NCBI GenBank assembly: GCA_963837955.1
Contig: CAWIPH010000002.1
Coordinates: forward strand, 2,720,001 to 2,784,000
Source: an uncultured Verrucomicrobiae bacterium
GTDB taxonomy: Bacteria; Verrucomicrobiota; Verrucomicrobiia; Chthoniobacterales; JAFAMB01
DNA: 64,000 bases
Direction of reading: 5' to 3'
In this document: positions 37,737 through 47,382 of the stretch, piece by piece
How positions within the stretch are numbered: the stretch's first letter is position 1
Layout: each line of letters starts with the position of its first letter
Translations under genes and position numbers: made by a program
Notes under the pieces: model-generated
Databases searched by the model: none
Told to the model about the DNA's origin: nothing
What the model saw: only the letters and a program-made list of their open reading frames with translations

Positions 37737-38858
37737 ATGTTAAGCGCGGGGATCGTCGGTTTGCCTAACGTTGGCAAATCCACTCTTTTCAACGCGGTAA
37801 CGCGGACGCGGAAAGCGGAAGCGGCTAACTACCCATTCTGTACCATTGAGCCAAACCAAGGGGTAGTCACTGTTCCGGACTCGCGGTTAGATCGGCTTGC
37901 CACCCTCTCGAAGTCTCAAAAGGTCGTCCCGGCTGCGATTGAGTTTGTCGATATTGCAGGACTAGTTCGCGGCGCGAGCCAAGGCGAAGGCCTGGGTAAC
38001 CAATTTCTTAGCCATATCCGTGAAGTGGATGCAATCGTTCAGGTGGTCCGATGCTTTACGGACGGGGACATCCACCATGTAAGCGGGTCCATCGACCCAA
38101 TCCGTGATATTGAAGTCGTCAACACCGAGCTTATCCTGGCCGATATCGCCTCTCTGCAAAAACGCGGCGACCGCCTGCAAAAACAAGTCCGTTCAGGCGA
38201 TAAGACCGCAAAAGCGGAGGCCGCTCTCATCGAGCGGATTTTACCGCATCTGAACGACGGTAAGCCAGCCACAACGTTTCCGTACTCGTCGGAAGAAGCC
38301 GCGATCGTCCGCTCCTTCCTTCTGCTGACGGGAAAGCCGACAATTTTTGCCTGTAACGTCGCAGAATCCGATTTAGTCGCTTTCTCCCAGGAGACCAAAA
38401 CCGCGGCGTCTGAATACGTCACCCGGGTCAGCGATTATGTCACTTCGCATCTTTCCACTCAATCGGTGGTGATCAGCGCCCAAATCGAGAGCGAACTCAT
38501 CGATCTATCCGCCACCGAAGCGATCGAGTATCTCGCCGGTTTGGGCGTAAAGGAGAGCGGAGTCGGAAGTTTGATTCGTTCGGTGTACGGCCTCTTGGGC
38601 TTAAGGACTTACTTCACCACAGGAGAAAAGGAAACGCGAGCTTGGACGATCCATGCCGGTGATAAGGCTCCGGCCGCCGCCGGGGTCATCCATTCCGACT
38701 TTGAGCGCGGCTTCATTGCTGCCGAAACCGTCCATTTTGAAGATCTTATTCAGCTCGGGACATTTGGTAAGGCTCGGGAGGCCGGAAAGTTGAGGATTGA
38801 AGGCAAAGAGTATGTCGTCAAAGATGGCGACGTGATGGAGTTCCGATTCAACGTCTAG
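37737..38858 (+). CDS. ychF: Redox-regulated ATPase YchF
   Basis: [28 protein letters not shown] and [11 protein letters not shown]. Confidence 0.97.
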   Translation: MLSAGIVGLPNVGKSTLFNAVTRTRKAEAANYPFCTIEPNQGVVTVPDSRLDRLATLSKSQKVVPAAIEFVDIAGLVRGASQGEGLGNQFLSHIREVDAIVQVVRCFTDGDIHHVSGSIDPIRDIEVVNTELILADIASLQKRGDRLQKQVRSGDKTAKAEAALIERILPHLNDGKPATTFPYSSEEAAIVRSFLLLTGKPTIFACNVAESDLVAFSQETKTAASEYVTRVSDYVTSHLSTQSVVISAQIESELIDLSATEAIEYLAGLGVKESGVGSLIRSVYGLLGLRTYFTTGEKETRAWTIHAGDKAPAAAGVIHSDFERGFIAAETVHFEDLIQLGTFGKAREAGKLRIEGKEYVVKDGDVMEFRFNV

Positions 38859-38953
38859 TAGCCTGATGCTCTTGGCTCGGGAACTCATCGCTATAAAAGT
38901 GCAAGATCATCGATTCTCCATATCGGATCCCTGAGGCTGGAGCATCAGGCTAC
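38858..38953. repeat. REPIN-like inverted pair of GTAG REPs (family D)
   Basis: GTAGCCTGATGCTCTTGG at the ychF stop; the reverse complement of 38930-38953 is GTAGCCTGATGCTCCAGCCTCAGG. Confidence 0.8.
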
Positions 38954-39031
38954 TTTGCCAGCGCGTCTCTGCCGATCTAGCCCGAAACCATTTTACACCC
39001 GGGGTCTTATAGGCAAGGTTCCGCCCTTACG

Positions 39032-40492
39032 ATGATTCGTTGTGCTGTTTTTTTCGTCTTAGCGATCGCCGCTAACGCCGTTGCCGAAACGTCGAAGCCG
39101 GATATTCATAAGAGTCTCGTGCGGATTACGACGAGCTCGCAGGACCCCGATTACCGCGTGCCATGGAATCCTGGCAATATCACCGTCGGAATCGGAGCAG
39201 GTTTTGTGATCGACGGGAATCGGATTTTGACCAACGCGCACGTCGTGAGCAACGGTCGATTGATTGTGGTCGAGAAGGAGAACGACCCGAAGGAGTATAT
39301 CGGGAAAGTAGAATTCATCGGCGGGGATTGTGACCTGGCTATAGTCAGGGTCCAGGATCCCAATTTCTATAAAGGAACCGCCCCGGTCCGATTTGGAGCA
39401 CTGCCGGTAGTACAATCCGCCGTCGACGTCTACGGGTATCCGATCGGAGGTCAACGACTTTCAGTAACGCAAGGAATCGTTTCTCGGGTCGACTTCCAGA
39501 ATTACACCTACTCCGGCGTTGATCAGCACTTGGCCGTTCAGATCGACGCGGCGATCAATCCTGGAAACTCCGGTGGGCCGGTGCTGCAAGAAGGAAAAGT
39601 CGTCGGAGTTGCCTTCCAAGGGTACACGGGCGACGTCGCTCAGAATACTGGCTACATGATTCCGACGCCGGTAATCCTGCGGTTTCTCAAGGATATCTCC
39701 AGCGGTCGTTATAACCGGTACGTCGATCTGTCGATCACCACATTTAAGTTATTGAATGCTGCAGAACGCCATGCGCTGGGTCTTCCTGACGACAATACCG
39801 GAGTGCTGGTCAGCTCCGTTGAAAAGGATGGCTCCTGTGCCGGAAAACTGCAGGAAGGCGACGTGATGCTCTCGATCGACAATCATCTAATCGCTAGCGA
39901 CGGAACGGTTCGCTTGGACGGCGATAGCTTGGAGCTGGCCGAGATAGTGGAGCGCAAATTCAAGGGAGAAAAAGTGAAGATCGGAGTCTTGCGCAACCAT
40001 CAACCGCTGACCGTAGAAATCGACTTACAGCCTAATAACTCTTACCTGTTGCAAGCGTACCTCCATGAGGAAAACCCGCGCTTCGTCTTATTTGGCGGTC
40101 TTGTCTTCCAACCGCTCTCGCGGAATTTCATGGAGGCCTATCAGCCGGACGAGCTGCGCGTTCGGTATTACTATGATTTCTACATCACCGACGACCTATA
40201 CGAGGAGCATCCGGAAATCATCGTGCTCTCGAATATCTTGGCCGATCCCGTGAACGCTTATTTGTCAGAGTTTCGTTTTCAGATCGTCGATGAGATTAAC
40301 GGTAAAAAGATCAAGCATTTGAGCGATGTCGCTCATGCTTTCGCCACATCGGCCGATGAATACGTGATCAAGTTTATCGGAAGCAGCCGCCCCGCTGTGC
40401 TGGAAAAGAGCGCGGTGGAAGCAGCTCAACAGCGCATCAAGAGAAATTATAACGTTCCGATTGATCAAAACCTGGGAAAAGAACAACTATAA
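39032..40492 (+). CDS. Exported HtrA/Deg-family serine protease with PDZ domains (active)
   Basis: LTNAHVV, DCDLA and AINPGNSGGP catalytic triad; signal peptide. Confidence 0.9.
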   Translation: MIRCAVFFVLAIAANAVAETSKPDIHKSLVRITTSSQDPDYRVPWNPGNITVGIGAGFVIDGNRILTNAHVVSNGRLIVVEKENDPKEYIGKVEFIGGDCDLAIVRVQDPNFYKGTAPVRFGALPVVQSAVDVYGYPIGGQRLSVTQGIVSRVDFQNYTYSGVDQHLAVQIDAAINPGNSGGPVLQEGKVVGVAFQGYTGDVAQNTGYMIPTPVILRFLKDISSGRYNRYVDLSITTFKLLNAAERHALGLPDDNTGVLVSSVEKDGSCAGKLQEGDVMLSIDNHLIASDGTVRLDGDSLELAEIVERKFKGEKVKIGVLRNHQPLTVEIDLQPNNSYLLQAYLHEENPRFVLFGGLVFQPLSRNFMEAYQPDELRVRYYYDFYITDDLYEEHPEIIVLSNILADPVNAYLSEFRFQIVDEINGKKIKHLSDVAHAFATSADEYVIKFIGSSRPAVLEKSAVEAAQQRIKRNYNVPIDQNLGKEQL

Positions 40493-42003
40493 TGAAGTCC
40501 CTGCTTCTCTTTCCGCTTATTGTTGCGCTGACCTCGTCGACACTGGCGGTGGCAGAGGACACCCTCGCCCCAGCGGCCCCGACGCCAAAAGACAAACCTG
40601 TCCCCGAACTCCAAAAGGGATCGGTCGTTCGCGTCAACTCCACCAATCAGCAATACGATTTCTTTCGTCCTTGGAATAAGAAGGCGCCGTTCAATCGCCG
40701 GGGCATTGGAGCAGTCATCGACGGGAACGAAGTGGTCGTTGCAGCTGAATTGGTAGCCAACAGCAATTTCATCGAACTAGAAAAACCGGAGAGCGGCGAA
40801 CGAACGTCGGCCCAGGTAGTCGCCATCGATCACGAAACTAATTTGGCCCTGCTGAAGCCAAACGATGAACATTTCCTGCAAAGCCTTCAGCCGCTCGGCA
40901 CCGAAGCTGCGGTTAAGGTGGGCGATCAACTTTCGGTAATCCAACTCGAGGCGAATGGCACGCCAGTCTCGACGCAAGGGTTGGTCACGAGTGCAGAAGT
41001 CGGTCGTTACGTGCTCGAGGATTGTTCCTTTCTTCTGTTCAAAATGAGCTGCCCACTGCAGTATCGGGAGAATAGCTTTACCCTGCCGATCGTTAAGGAT
41101 CATCAACTTGCAGCCATTTTGCTCCGTTATGATCCGCGCTCCCAAACCGTGGACGCAATTTCGGGTCCGGTAATCCAGCACTTCCTGCGTGAGGCTAAAA
41201 ACAATCCCTATCGCGGTTTTCCTCGGATCGGCGTCGCGTTTTCCAGCCTGCGGGACCCGGTCTTGCGTCGCTACGTGAAACTACCGGACTCGGACGGCGG
41301 TGTATTTGTCGATGACGTGCAACGTAACAGCCCGGCCGCAAAGGCTGGAATTCTACCGGGCGACATCCTTCTAGCGATTGATGGAAAAACGATTGATGCC
41401 GACGGAAATTACATTCATCCAGTCTTGGGTAAGCTCTCGATTACTCACCTGACGACGACGGAATTATATTCCGGGCAAACGGCGAACATGACCGTCTTCC
41501 GGAACGGCGAACAAAAAGACATTCCGGTGGAGCTGTTCCGGCAGCCTGCGGAAAGCTACGTCATCGACCCATATGTGATCGATCGCGCGCCCCGTTACCT
41601 CGTTTTAGGTGGATTGGTGTTTCAGGAACTTTCTCGCCAATACCTCCGCGAATGGGGCAGCAATTGGGCCAAGGATGCTCCGCAACGATTTGTCTATTAC
41701 GACCGCTTCCAATCCGAGCTTTTTCCTGAGCAGCGGAAAATGGTCTTTTTGAGCCAAGTGATTCCAACGGCGGACACCGTCGGGTACGAGCAGTTGAACT
41801 ACTTGATTGTTAAACGGGTCAACGATCGAGAGATTCGCAACCTCGATGATCTCGCCCAGGCCATTAGCGCGCCCCAAAACGGCTTTCAGAAAATCGAGTT
41901 CAATGAAGACCCGCGCGTGATTTACCTTGATGCGGGCCAAGCCGAGAGCACCGCGAAACAACTGCAGGCGCTGTATGCCTTGCCCGCCCTGCAACGCCTA
42001 TGA
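40492..42003 (+). CDS. HtrA/Deg-like PDZ protein with a degenerate catalytic triad
   Basis: Colinear paralog of the previous gene; VAAELV, ETNLA and ENSFT replace the triad motifs. Confidence 0.8.
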   Translation: MKSLLLFPLIVALTSSTLAVAEDTLAPAAPTPKDKPVPELQKGSVVRVNSTNQQYDFFRPWNKKAPFNRRGIGAVIDGNEVVVAAELVANSNFIELEKPESGERTSAQVVAIDHETNLALLKPNDEHFLQSLQPLGTEAAVKVGDQLSVIQLEANGTPVSTQGLVTSAEVGRYVLEDCSFLLFKMSCPLQYRENSFTLPIVKDHQLAAILLRYDPRSQTVDAISGPVIQHFLREAKNNPYRGFPRIGVAFSSLRDPVLRRYVKLPDSDGGVFVDDVQRNSPAAKAGILPGDILLAIDGKTIDADGNYIHPVLGKLSITHLTTTELYSGQTANMTVFRNGEQKDIPVELFRQPAESYVIDPYVIDRAPRYLVLGGLVFQELSRQYLREWGSNWAKDAPQRFVYYDRFQSELFPEQRKMVFLSQVIPTADTVGYEQLNYLIVKRVNDREIRNLDDLAQAISAPQNGFQKIEFNEDPRVIYLDAGQAESTAKQLQALYALPALQRL

Positions 42004-42698
42004 CTTGGGGCGCCATCTTCGATTGGGATGGAGTGATCATCGATTCGTCCGCGCACCACGCAGAGAGTTGGGAGCGTTTGGCTGCTGAAACCGGCCACAT
42101 ACTTCCACCAGGACACTTCAAACGAGGGTTCGGGATGAAAAATGAAAAGATCATTCCAGACCTGCTCGGCTGGAGCCACGATCCGACCGAGATCCATCGG
42201 CTGTCGCTTCGCAAAGAAGAACTTTATCGCGAGATCGTCAAAGAATGGGGCATCGCGCCCTTGCTGGGAATCGTGTCTTGGCTGGACCGCCTGCGCGACC
42301 ACGAAATACCGTGTGCGATCGGTTCGTCCACCCATCGACTGAACATAGACACCGGATTGTCAATTCTCGGGTTCAGAGAGCGTTTTACTGCGGTAGTCAC
42401 CTCCGAGGATGTCCGCGCCGGGAAACCGGATCCGGAGGTGTTTCTCACCGCAGCAGCTCGCATCGGACTACCACCAGAACGATGCGTGGTATTCGAAGAC
42501 GCCCTGGTCGGCATTGAGGCCGCCCATCGCGGGGGAATGCAGGTAGTCGCGGTTGCCACTACCAATCCAATCGAACTGCTAAAGCACGCCGATTTTGCCG
42601 TTCATCGCCTCGATGAATTGACGGTGGAGCAACTTGCTTCCCGAGTGCTTGATCGGCTCGAGTGCAAATCGTTTGAAGATGAGCCAGCCGCTAACTAA
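42000..42698 (+). CDS. HAD family phosphatase (beta-PGM/CbbY-like)
   Basis: FDWDGVIIDS, GSS, GKPDPEVF and VFEDA..G. Confidence 0.9.
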   Translation: MTWGAIFDWDGVIIDSSAHHAESWERLAAETGHILPPGHFKRGFGMKNEKIIPDLLGWSHDPTEIHRLSLRKEELYREIVKEWGIAPLLGIVSWLDRLRDHEIPCAIGSSTHRLNIDTGLSILGFRERFTAVVTSEDVRAGKPDPEVFLTAAARIGLPPERCVVFEDALVGIEAAHRGGMQVVAVATTNPIELLKHADFAVHRLDELTVEQLASRVLDRLECKSFEDEPAAN

Positions 42699-44005
42699 GT
42701 AACGTCGCCAGCCTCTTCGGGAAAAATTTTCAGTAAAGCGGACCGGAGAGCTTCGATGGTTACCGGCTTATTCACAACGAGATCGACGCCGCTTGGCAGC
42801 GTGCCGGAACTTTTCATAAATTCGCCGAACCCTGTTACCATGATGATCGGCAGTGACCTTTCGCCGTCGCCCTCGCGGACGGCATCGACCAGCGCCGCGC
42901 CGGTCATGCCCGGCATTTCCTGATCGGTCACAAGAAGATCATAGATTCCCTGACGGAGAAATTGAAGCGCCTCCGCCCCGCTAGTCGCCGCGGTTACTTC
43001 GTGAAGATCGTTTTCTAGGAATAAAGAGACAAGATCTCGCGAAGTCTTTTCGTCGTCCACTATCAAGACTTTGAGAACTCTGGGCACTTTCTTTCCTAAG
43101 GTCTCAGCAGGGTGAGCGTTTCCTTCGGTCAAAGGTACCGGTTCGGAAACAGCCGAGCCGAGGTCGACTGGCTCGGGGGCCTCTGATTTCTCTGCTTGTT
43201 GATAAAATTCTCGCAATCTGTCCGCTACTCGCGTGGCATCCTTTGCTGCGGTGCGGACGAGTCGAAGGTATCGGCGAGCCTTTTCTTGGTCTTCCAGCAG
43301 TTGGTCTTTTTCCAGCATCAGCTCGGTGTATCCCAGGATCGGGATGAGCGCATTGTTAAATTCGTGCGCCACTTCGCTTGCCACTTTGCCGAGCGCCTCC
43401 AAGCGTGCTTCCCGAACCGCCTTTTGCTGTCTATCCCGCAGTTCCTCCATGGCACGCAAAAGCTTCTCGTTCATTGATTGGAGGTCTGCTTGATGCCCTG
43501 CCGATGCATGTAGTTCCCGGGGAACGTACTGAAGCCGCCGGGCAAGATCGGTCACCCGATTTTCCAGAGTCGTAATCTCAATTCGCAGCTCTCCATTCTC
43601 CCGGAGAAGATCATGCCGCTCATAGGCCTGCTGTAGCAGGCTATTGAGATCGAATCGCGTCCAAGGCTTGATAAGTAACCGGCAAATCTCTCCCGCTCTC
43701 AACGCCCGATCTATTTCCGGAAGGCCAAAATTGCCGGTAACGAGGACCCGAGAGGCCAAAGGCTGAAGCGCTCGACAGGTCCGCAGAAAATCGATACCCG
43801 AAAGTTCCGGCATAGTCTGATCGGCAATCACTACTCCGAACGATGTTTGGTTGAGATGCCGAAGCGCGTCCGCGTTGCTAGTGGCTGACGCAACGACGTA
43901 GCCTTCTCGAGCGATTTGGTCCGCCAGGATTCGGAGAACAATCGCGTCATCATCGACAACTAGAATCGTGCGATCAGGCGCCATGACTTCCCGCGAAATT
44001 AGCAA
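42695..44005 (-). CDS. REC-HisKA-REC protein lacking the HATPase domain
   Basis: Two receiver domains (VDD/DQ.MP/KP) around the H-box AHEFNN; no N/G1/F/G2 boxes. Confidence 0.85.
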   Translation of the reverse strand: MLISREVMAPDRTILVVDDDAIVLRILADQIAREGYVVASATSNADALRHLNQTSFGVVIADQTMPELSGIDFLRTCRALQPLASRVLVTGNFGLPEIDRALRAGEICRLLIKPWTRFDLNSLLQQAYERHDLLRENGELRIEITTLENRVTDLARRLQYVPRELHASAGHQADLQSMNEKLLRAMEELRDRQQKAVREARLEALGKVASEVAHEFNNALIPILGYTELMLEKDQLLEDQEKARRYLRLVRTAAKDATRVADRLREFYQQAEKSEAPEPVDLGSAVSEPVPLTEGNAHPAETLGKKVPRVLKVLIVDDEKTSRDLVSLFLENDLHEVTAATSGAEALQFLRQGIYDLLVTDQEMPGMTGAALVDAVREGDGERSLPIIMVTGFGEFMKSSGTLPSGVDLVVNKPVTIEALRSALLKIFPEEAGDVT

Positions 44006-44049
44006 ATTTCAAGAAACTGGCAGGCATTTCCTTGGTGACCGTGCTCTGC

Positions 44050-44736
44050 TCACGCGAGTCTCTTCTCGTCCATTCGCGATTCAACCCCGGCCGTCAAATC
44101 CATAACGGCTAAATATCCTATTCTCAGGCTCAGTTCCTTATCCGCTTCGCTCCAAGCCAGATCATCTGGAGGGGGATTTACTTTCCCGAACACGCTGGAA
44201 ACATGAGAGCCAATGTCGAAATCCGGTTTATGATTTGCGCTGTAAAGTATCCAAATCTTTCCTGAATCAGCTTCTGCGCCCAAGCGAACGGTCCCGGATC
44301 TCGCACCGAAAGAAAGACAATCTGCTGCTATCAGCGCGACAAAGGCTTGGCGCAGATTGCAAGGATCCACTTGAATTACCGCGTCGCTCGGTTCGACGTC
44401 GAGATAAAGGCTTACACTCCGCGGCACAATGCGAGCCATTTGTCCGAGCAGATCTGTAAGAAATTCGGGTACGCTAACGAGTTCAGGACCCTGGCCTTCT
44501 TCGGCCGCTAAGGAACCGACCGTTATGAGCATCTGCCTGGCCGATTCAGCACTCTCCCGAATCAGCCTGAAGCTTTCGTTTACTTCGTCGATCGGGGACT
44601 CATGGCGCAAGTGGTGCGTACTCAGAGCTAAAATACCAGAAGTGCTATTCCCAAGGTCGTGAATGGTTCGAAGGAGAAGAAAACGCCAAAGCTCGGCTTT
44701 GAAAGCCGCATCGTCTGCCGGCTCGAATCTCGACAT
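44050..44736 (-). CDS. Pseudo-histidine kinase / ChpT-like phosphotransferase candidate
   Basis: H-box IHDLGN; degenerate N-box LRQAFVALIAAD; no G boxes. Confidence 0.6.
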   Translation of the reverse strand: MSRFEPADDAAFKAELWRFLLLRTIHDLGNSTSGILALSTHHLRHESPIDEVNESFRLIRESAESARQMLITVGSLAAEEGQGPELVSVPEFLTDLLGQMARIVPRSVSLYLDVEPSDAVIQVDPCNLRQAFVALIAADCLSFGARSGTVRLGAEADSGKIWILYSANHKPDFDIGSHVSSVFGKVNPPPDDLAWSEADKELSLRIGYLAVMDLTAGVESRMDEKRLA

Positions 44737-44817
44737 TATACCGAGTTCCTTGTTCGACGCACCGGCGTCATTCTCCGCAGAAAAGGTTTGCCAATTTCCG
44801 CGCTACTTCCCGAATCA

Positions 44818-44982
44818 CTACGTCACTCGGGTATTTTGGGTCACGGACCAACTCTGCTCGATCTTCAGGGTGCCGAGGAAAAATCCCTCTGAGCACAGCT
44901 CCATCAGCGCCGTAACGACACTTTCTCTGTTCGGCGACTGCTGCACCTGCTTGATCCAACCATCCTTCAGGGGCGCATTCAT
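44818..44982 (-). CDS. Putative 54-aa small protein (below the ORF-track cutoff)
   Basis: ATG...TAG ORF MNAPLKDGWIKQVQQSPNRESVVTALMELCSEGFFLGTLKIEQSWSVTQNTRVT, co-oriented with the phosphorelay genes. Confidence 0.4.
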   Translation of the reverse strand: MNAPLKDGWIKQVQQSPNRESVVTALMELCSEGFFLGTLKIEQSWSVTQNTRVT

Positions 44983-45156
44983 TCACTAAATGGTTTATCG
45001 GCATTTCTTTGCAACGATTTAGCAGACAATCGCGAAAAAGCAGCAAATCGACTGAAAAGCATTGCTACTGGCACTCCCAGGTCCTATTTTTCCTGGAGGA
45101 GCAAGCAATGCCAGCTTGCCGCATCATGAGGGTCTGCAGTTTGTTCTCGTTGGAAA

Positions 45157-46542
45157 ATGGCGATCGAGAAAGTAGTTATCCTTGACGATGAGCCTATCAT
45201 CCGTCGTTCACTAGAGCTGCAGCTCACCCGAAAGAAACTGGCCGTCTCTCTTTGTACGACCATCGCGGAAGTCGAACAGCTGCTAGCCAAGGAGGCTTTC
45301 GACCTAATGTTCGTGGACGTTCGATTGCCTGATGGAGATGGCACCGATCTGCTAGCTCGCCTCGGCAACCGTTCCGATAAACCGATGATTGTTATGATGA
45401 CCGGGTACGGAACGGTGGAGGCTGCGGTCTCCTGCATACGTTCTGGAGCGTTCGACTACATCATCAAGCCGTTCTCGAGTGGACAAATCGACGTTATTCT
45501 GGATAAAGCGGAAAATTTCGCGCAAGCCGTTAAGGTTAGCCAGGTTCTGGCGCGGCAAACTTCTGACCAAAGCCCTTTAATCGGTGATAGTGAGCCAATT
45601 CGGCTGCTTCGTCAGATGATCCAAAAAGTCGCACCTACCGAAGCGACCGTATTGATCAGCGGGGAGAACGGGACCGGAAAAGAATTGGTGGCCACCGAGA
45701 TATTTCGCGCCAGCGGCCGAGCCTCAGCCCCTTTTATCAAAGTAAACTGCGCGGCCATTTCGGAGACATTGATCGAGAGCGAGTTTTTCGGCCACGAGAA
45801 AGGCGCTTTCACTGGTGCAACGGAAAAGCGAGAGGGCAGATTTGAATTAGCCAACCGGGGAACCATCTTGCTTGACGAGATCAGCGAAGTCTCTTTGAAG
45901 CTGCAGGCTAAATTATTGCGCGTCCTACAGGAAAGAGAGTTCGAAAGGGTTGGCGGCGGTCGTCCCATTCAAGTGAATGTTCGGGTGCTGGCAACAACCA
46001 ATCGGCATCTGGAAAAAACGGTTAAACAGAAAGAATTTAGGCAGGATTTATTCTACCGGCTGAACGTTTTCCCGATCGTCGTTCCCCCGCTGCGCACCCG
46101 TAAAGCGGATATCCGAGCGTTATCGGAAGCCTTCCTCATTCGGATCACTCAGCGTACCGGAATTGCGTCGCCCACCTTGACGCCCGAGACTTTAGCCATT
46201 TTTGAGGCGTATGATTGGCCCGGAAACGTGCGAGAATTGCAAAATGTAATTGAGCGAGCCGTCATCCTGAGCGAACCAAACGAGCCCATTTCGCCGGCGG
46301 TACTTGGACCCATGTTTCCTCAAATGGCGAAGCAGATGCGCAGCGAAATCGAGCCAGCGCCTTCCACTCCCACTTTTCCGAACGAAGTCGTTCCGCTCGA
46401 GACCGTCGAGAAAGAATACATTCTCTATGCGCTGAAAAAAGCGAACGGTAACCGGACACATACCGCACAGATGCTCGGTATCAGTATCCGGACGCTCCGT
46501 AACAAACTGCACGAAATTTCAGCGGGGAACGGAGGGGATTAA
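45157..46542 (+). CDS. Sigma54-dependent response regulator (NtrC/AtoC family)
   Basis: REC domain, GENGTGKE, GAFTGA, LDEISE and a Fis-type HTH. Confidence 0.95.
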   Translation: MAIEKVVILDDEPIIRRSLELQLTRKKLAVSLCTTIAEVEQLLAKEAFDLMFVDVRLPDGDGTDLLARLGNRSDKPMIVMMTGYGTVEAAVSCIRSGAFDYIIKPFSSGQIDVILDKAENFAQAVKVSQVLARQTSDQSPLIGDSEPIRLLRQMIQKVAPTEATVLISGENGTGKELVATEIFRASGRASAPFIKVNCAAISETLIESEFFGHEKGAFTGATEKREGRFELANRGTILLDEISEVSLKLQAKLLRVLQEREFERVGGGRPIQVNVRVLATTNRHLEKTVKQKEFRQDLFYRLNVFPIVVPPLRTRKADIRALSEAFLIRITQRTGIASPTLTPETLAIFEAYDWPGNVRELQNVIERAVILSEPNEPISPAVLGPMFPQMAKQMRSEIEPAPSTPTFPNEVVPLETVEKEYILYALKKANGNRTHTAQMLGISIRTLRNKLHEISAGNGGD

Positions 46543-46791
46543 ACGCCGGCAACGCCGGGAACGCACGGGAACGCTGGGAACGCACGGGACCGCCGGCAAC
46601 GCCGGGACGCCGGGAAGGCTGGTAGCGCGGGAGTTGCGCGAACGGCGTTAAATCTTGAAAGTGATGTGCCGAAGCGCTCGGCACTCGTTTCCTATTTTCC
46701 CAACCACTCTCTAAGTACAACTGTCTCGGCCAGTCCCCTGCGCGAGCACGACGCTCTCGGCGTTCTCGGCGTTCCCGGCGTTCCCGGCGTT
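46542..46791. repeat. Inverted nonamer arrays, family B copy 2
   Basis: (AACGCCGGG)-like units at 46542-46617 and (GGCGTTCYC) units at 46751-46791, touching both convergent stop codons. Confidence 0.85.
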
Positions 46792-47360
46792 TACAACTGA
46801 GGAAGCGTTATTCCGCGCTGGCCCATATACTTCCCCGCGCGGTCTGCGTACGAGGTCTCACATATTTCCGAGCCACTCAGAAAGATTATCTGGGCAAGTC
46901 CCTCCTGAGCGTAAATGCGTGCCGGCAACGGTGTCGTATTAGAGATCTCGAGTGTCACGTGCCCTTCCCACTCCGGCTCCAGCGGCGTCACATTCACGAT
47001 GATGCCGCAGCGCGCATAGGTGGATTTGCCAAGACAGATGGCCAACACCTCGCGCGGAATACGAAAATATTCCACACTGCGAGCCAGGGCAAAAGAGTTT
47101 GGCGGGATGATGCAGATATCCGCTTCGAGGTTGACGAAAGACCTCTCATCAAAAGCCTTCGGGTCGACCACAGTGTTAAATACGTTGGTGAAGACCTTAA
47201 ATTCATTTGAGACACGCAAGTCGTAGCCGTAACTCGAAAGTCCATAACTGATGATTGAGACTCCTTTTTCCGTTTTGCGTAACTGCCCATCGAAGAACGG
47301 GTCGATCATCCGATGCTTTCGCACCATTTGGCGTATCCACTGATCAGAACAAATACCCAT
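46791..47360 (-). CDS. dcd: dCTP deaminase
   Basis: [19 protein letters not shown] and [12 protein letters not shown]. Confidence 0.95.
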   Translation of the reverse strand: MGICSDQWIRQMVRKHRMIDPFFDGQLRKTEKGVSIISYGLSSYGYDLRVSNEFKVFTNVFNTVVDPKAFDERSFVNLEADICIIPPNSFALARSVEYFRIPREVLAICLGKSTYARCGIIVNVTPLEPEWEGHVTLEISNTTPLPARIYAQEGLAQIIFLSGSEICETSYADRAGKYMGQRGITLPQL

Positions 47361-47382
47361 TTCGTAACAGTTCAGGTTGGGT

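Noticed and set aside
44990..45156. Sigma54 promoter near the NtrC-type gene
   Set aside because: TGGCA motifs are present, but I found none with correct GG-N10-GC spacing.
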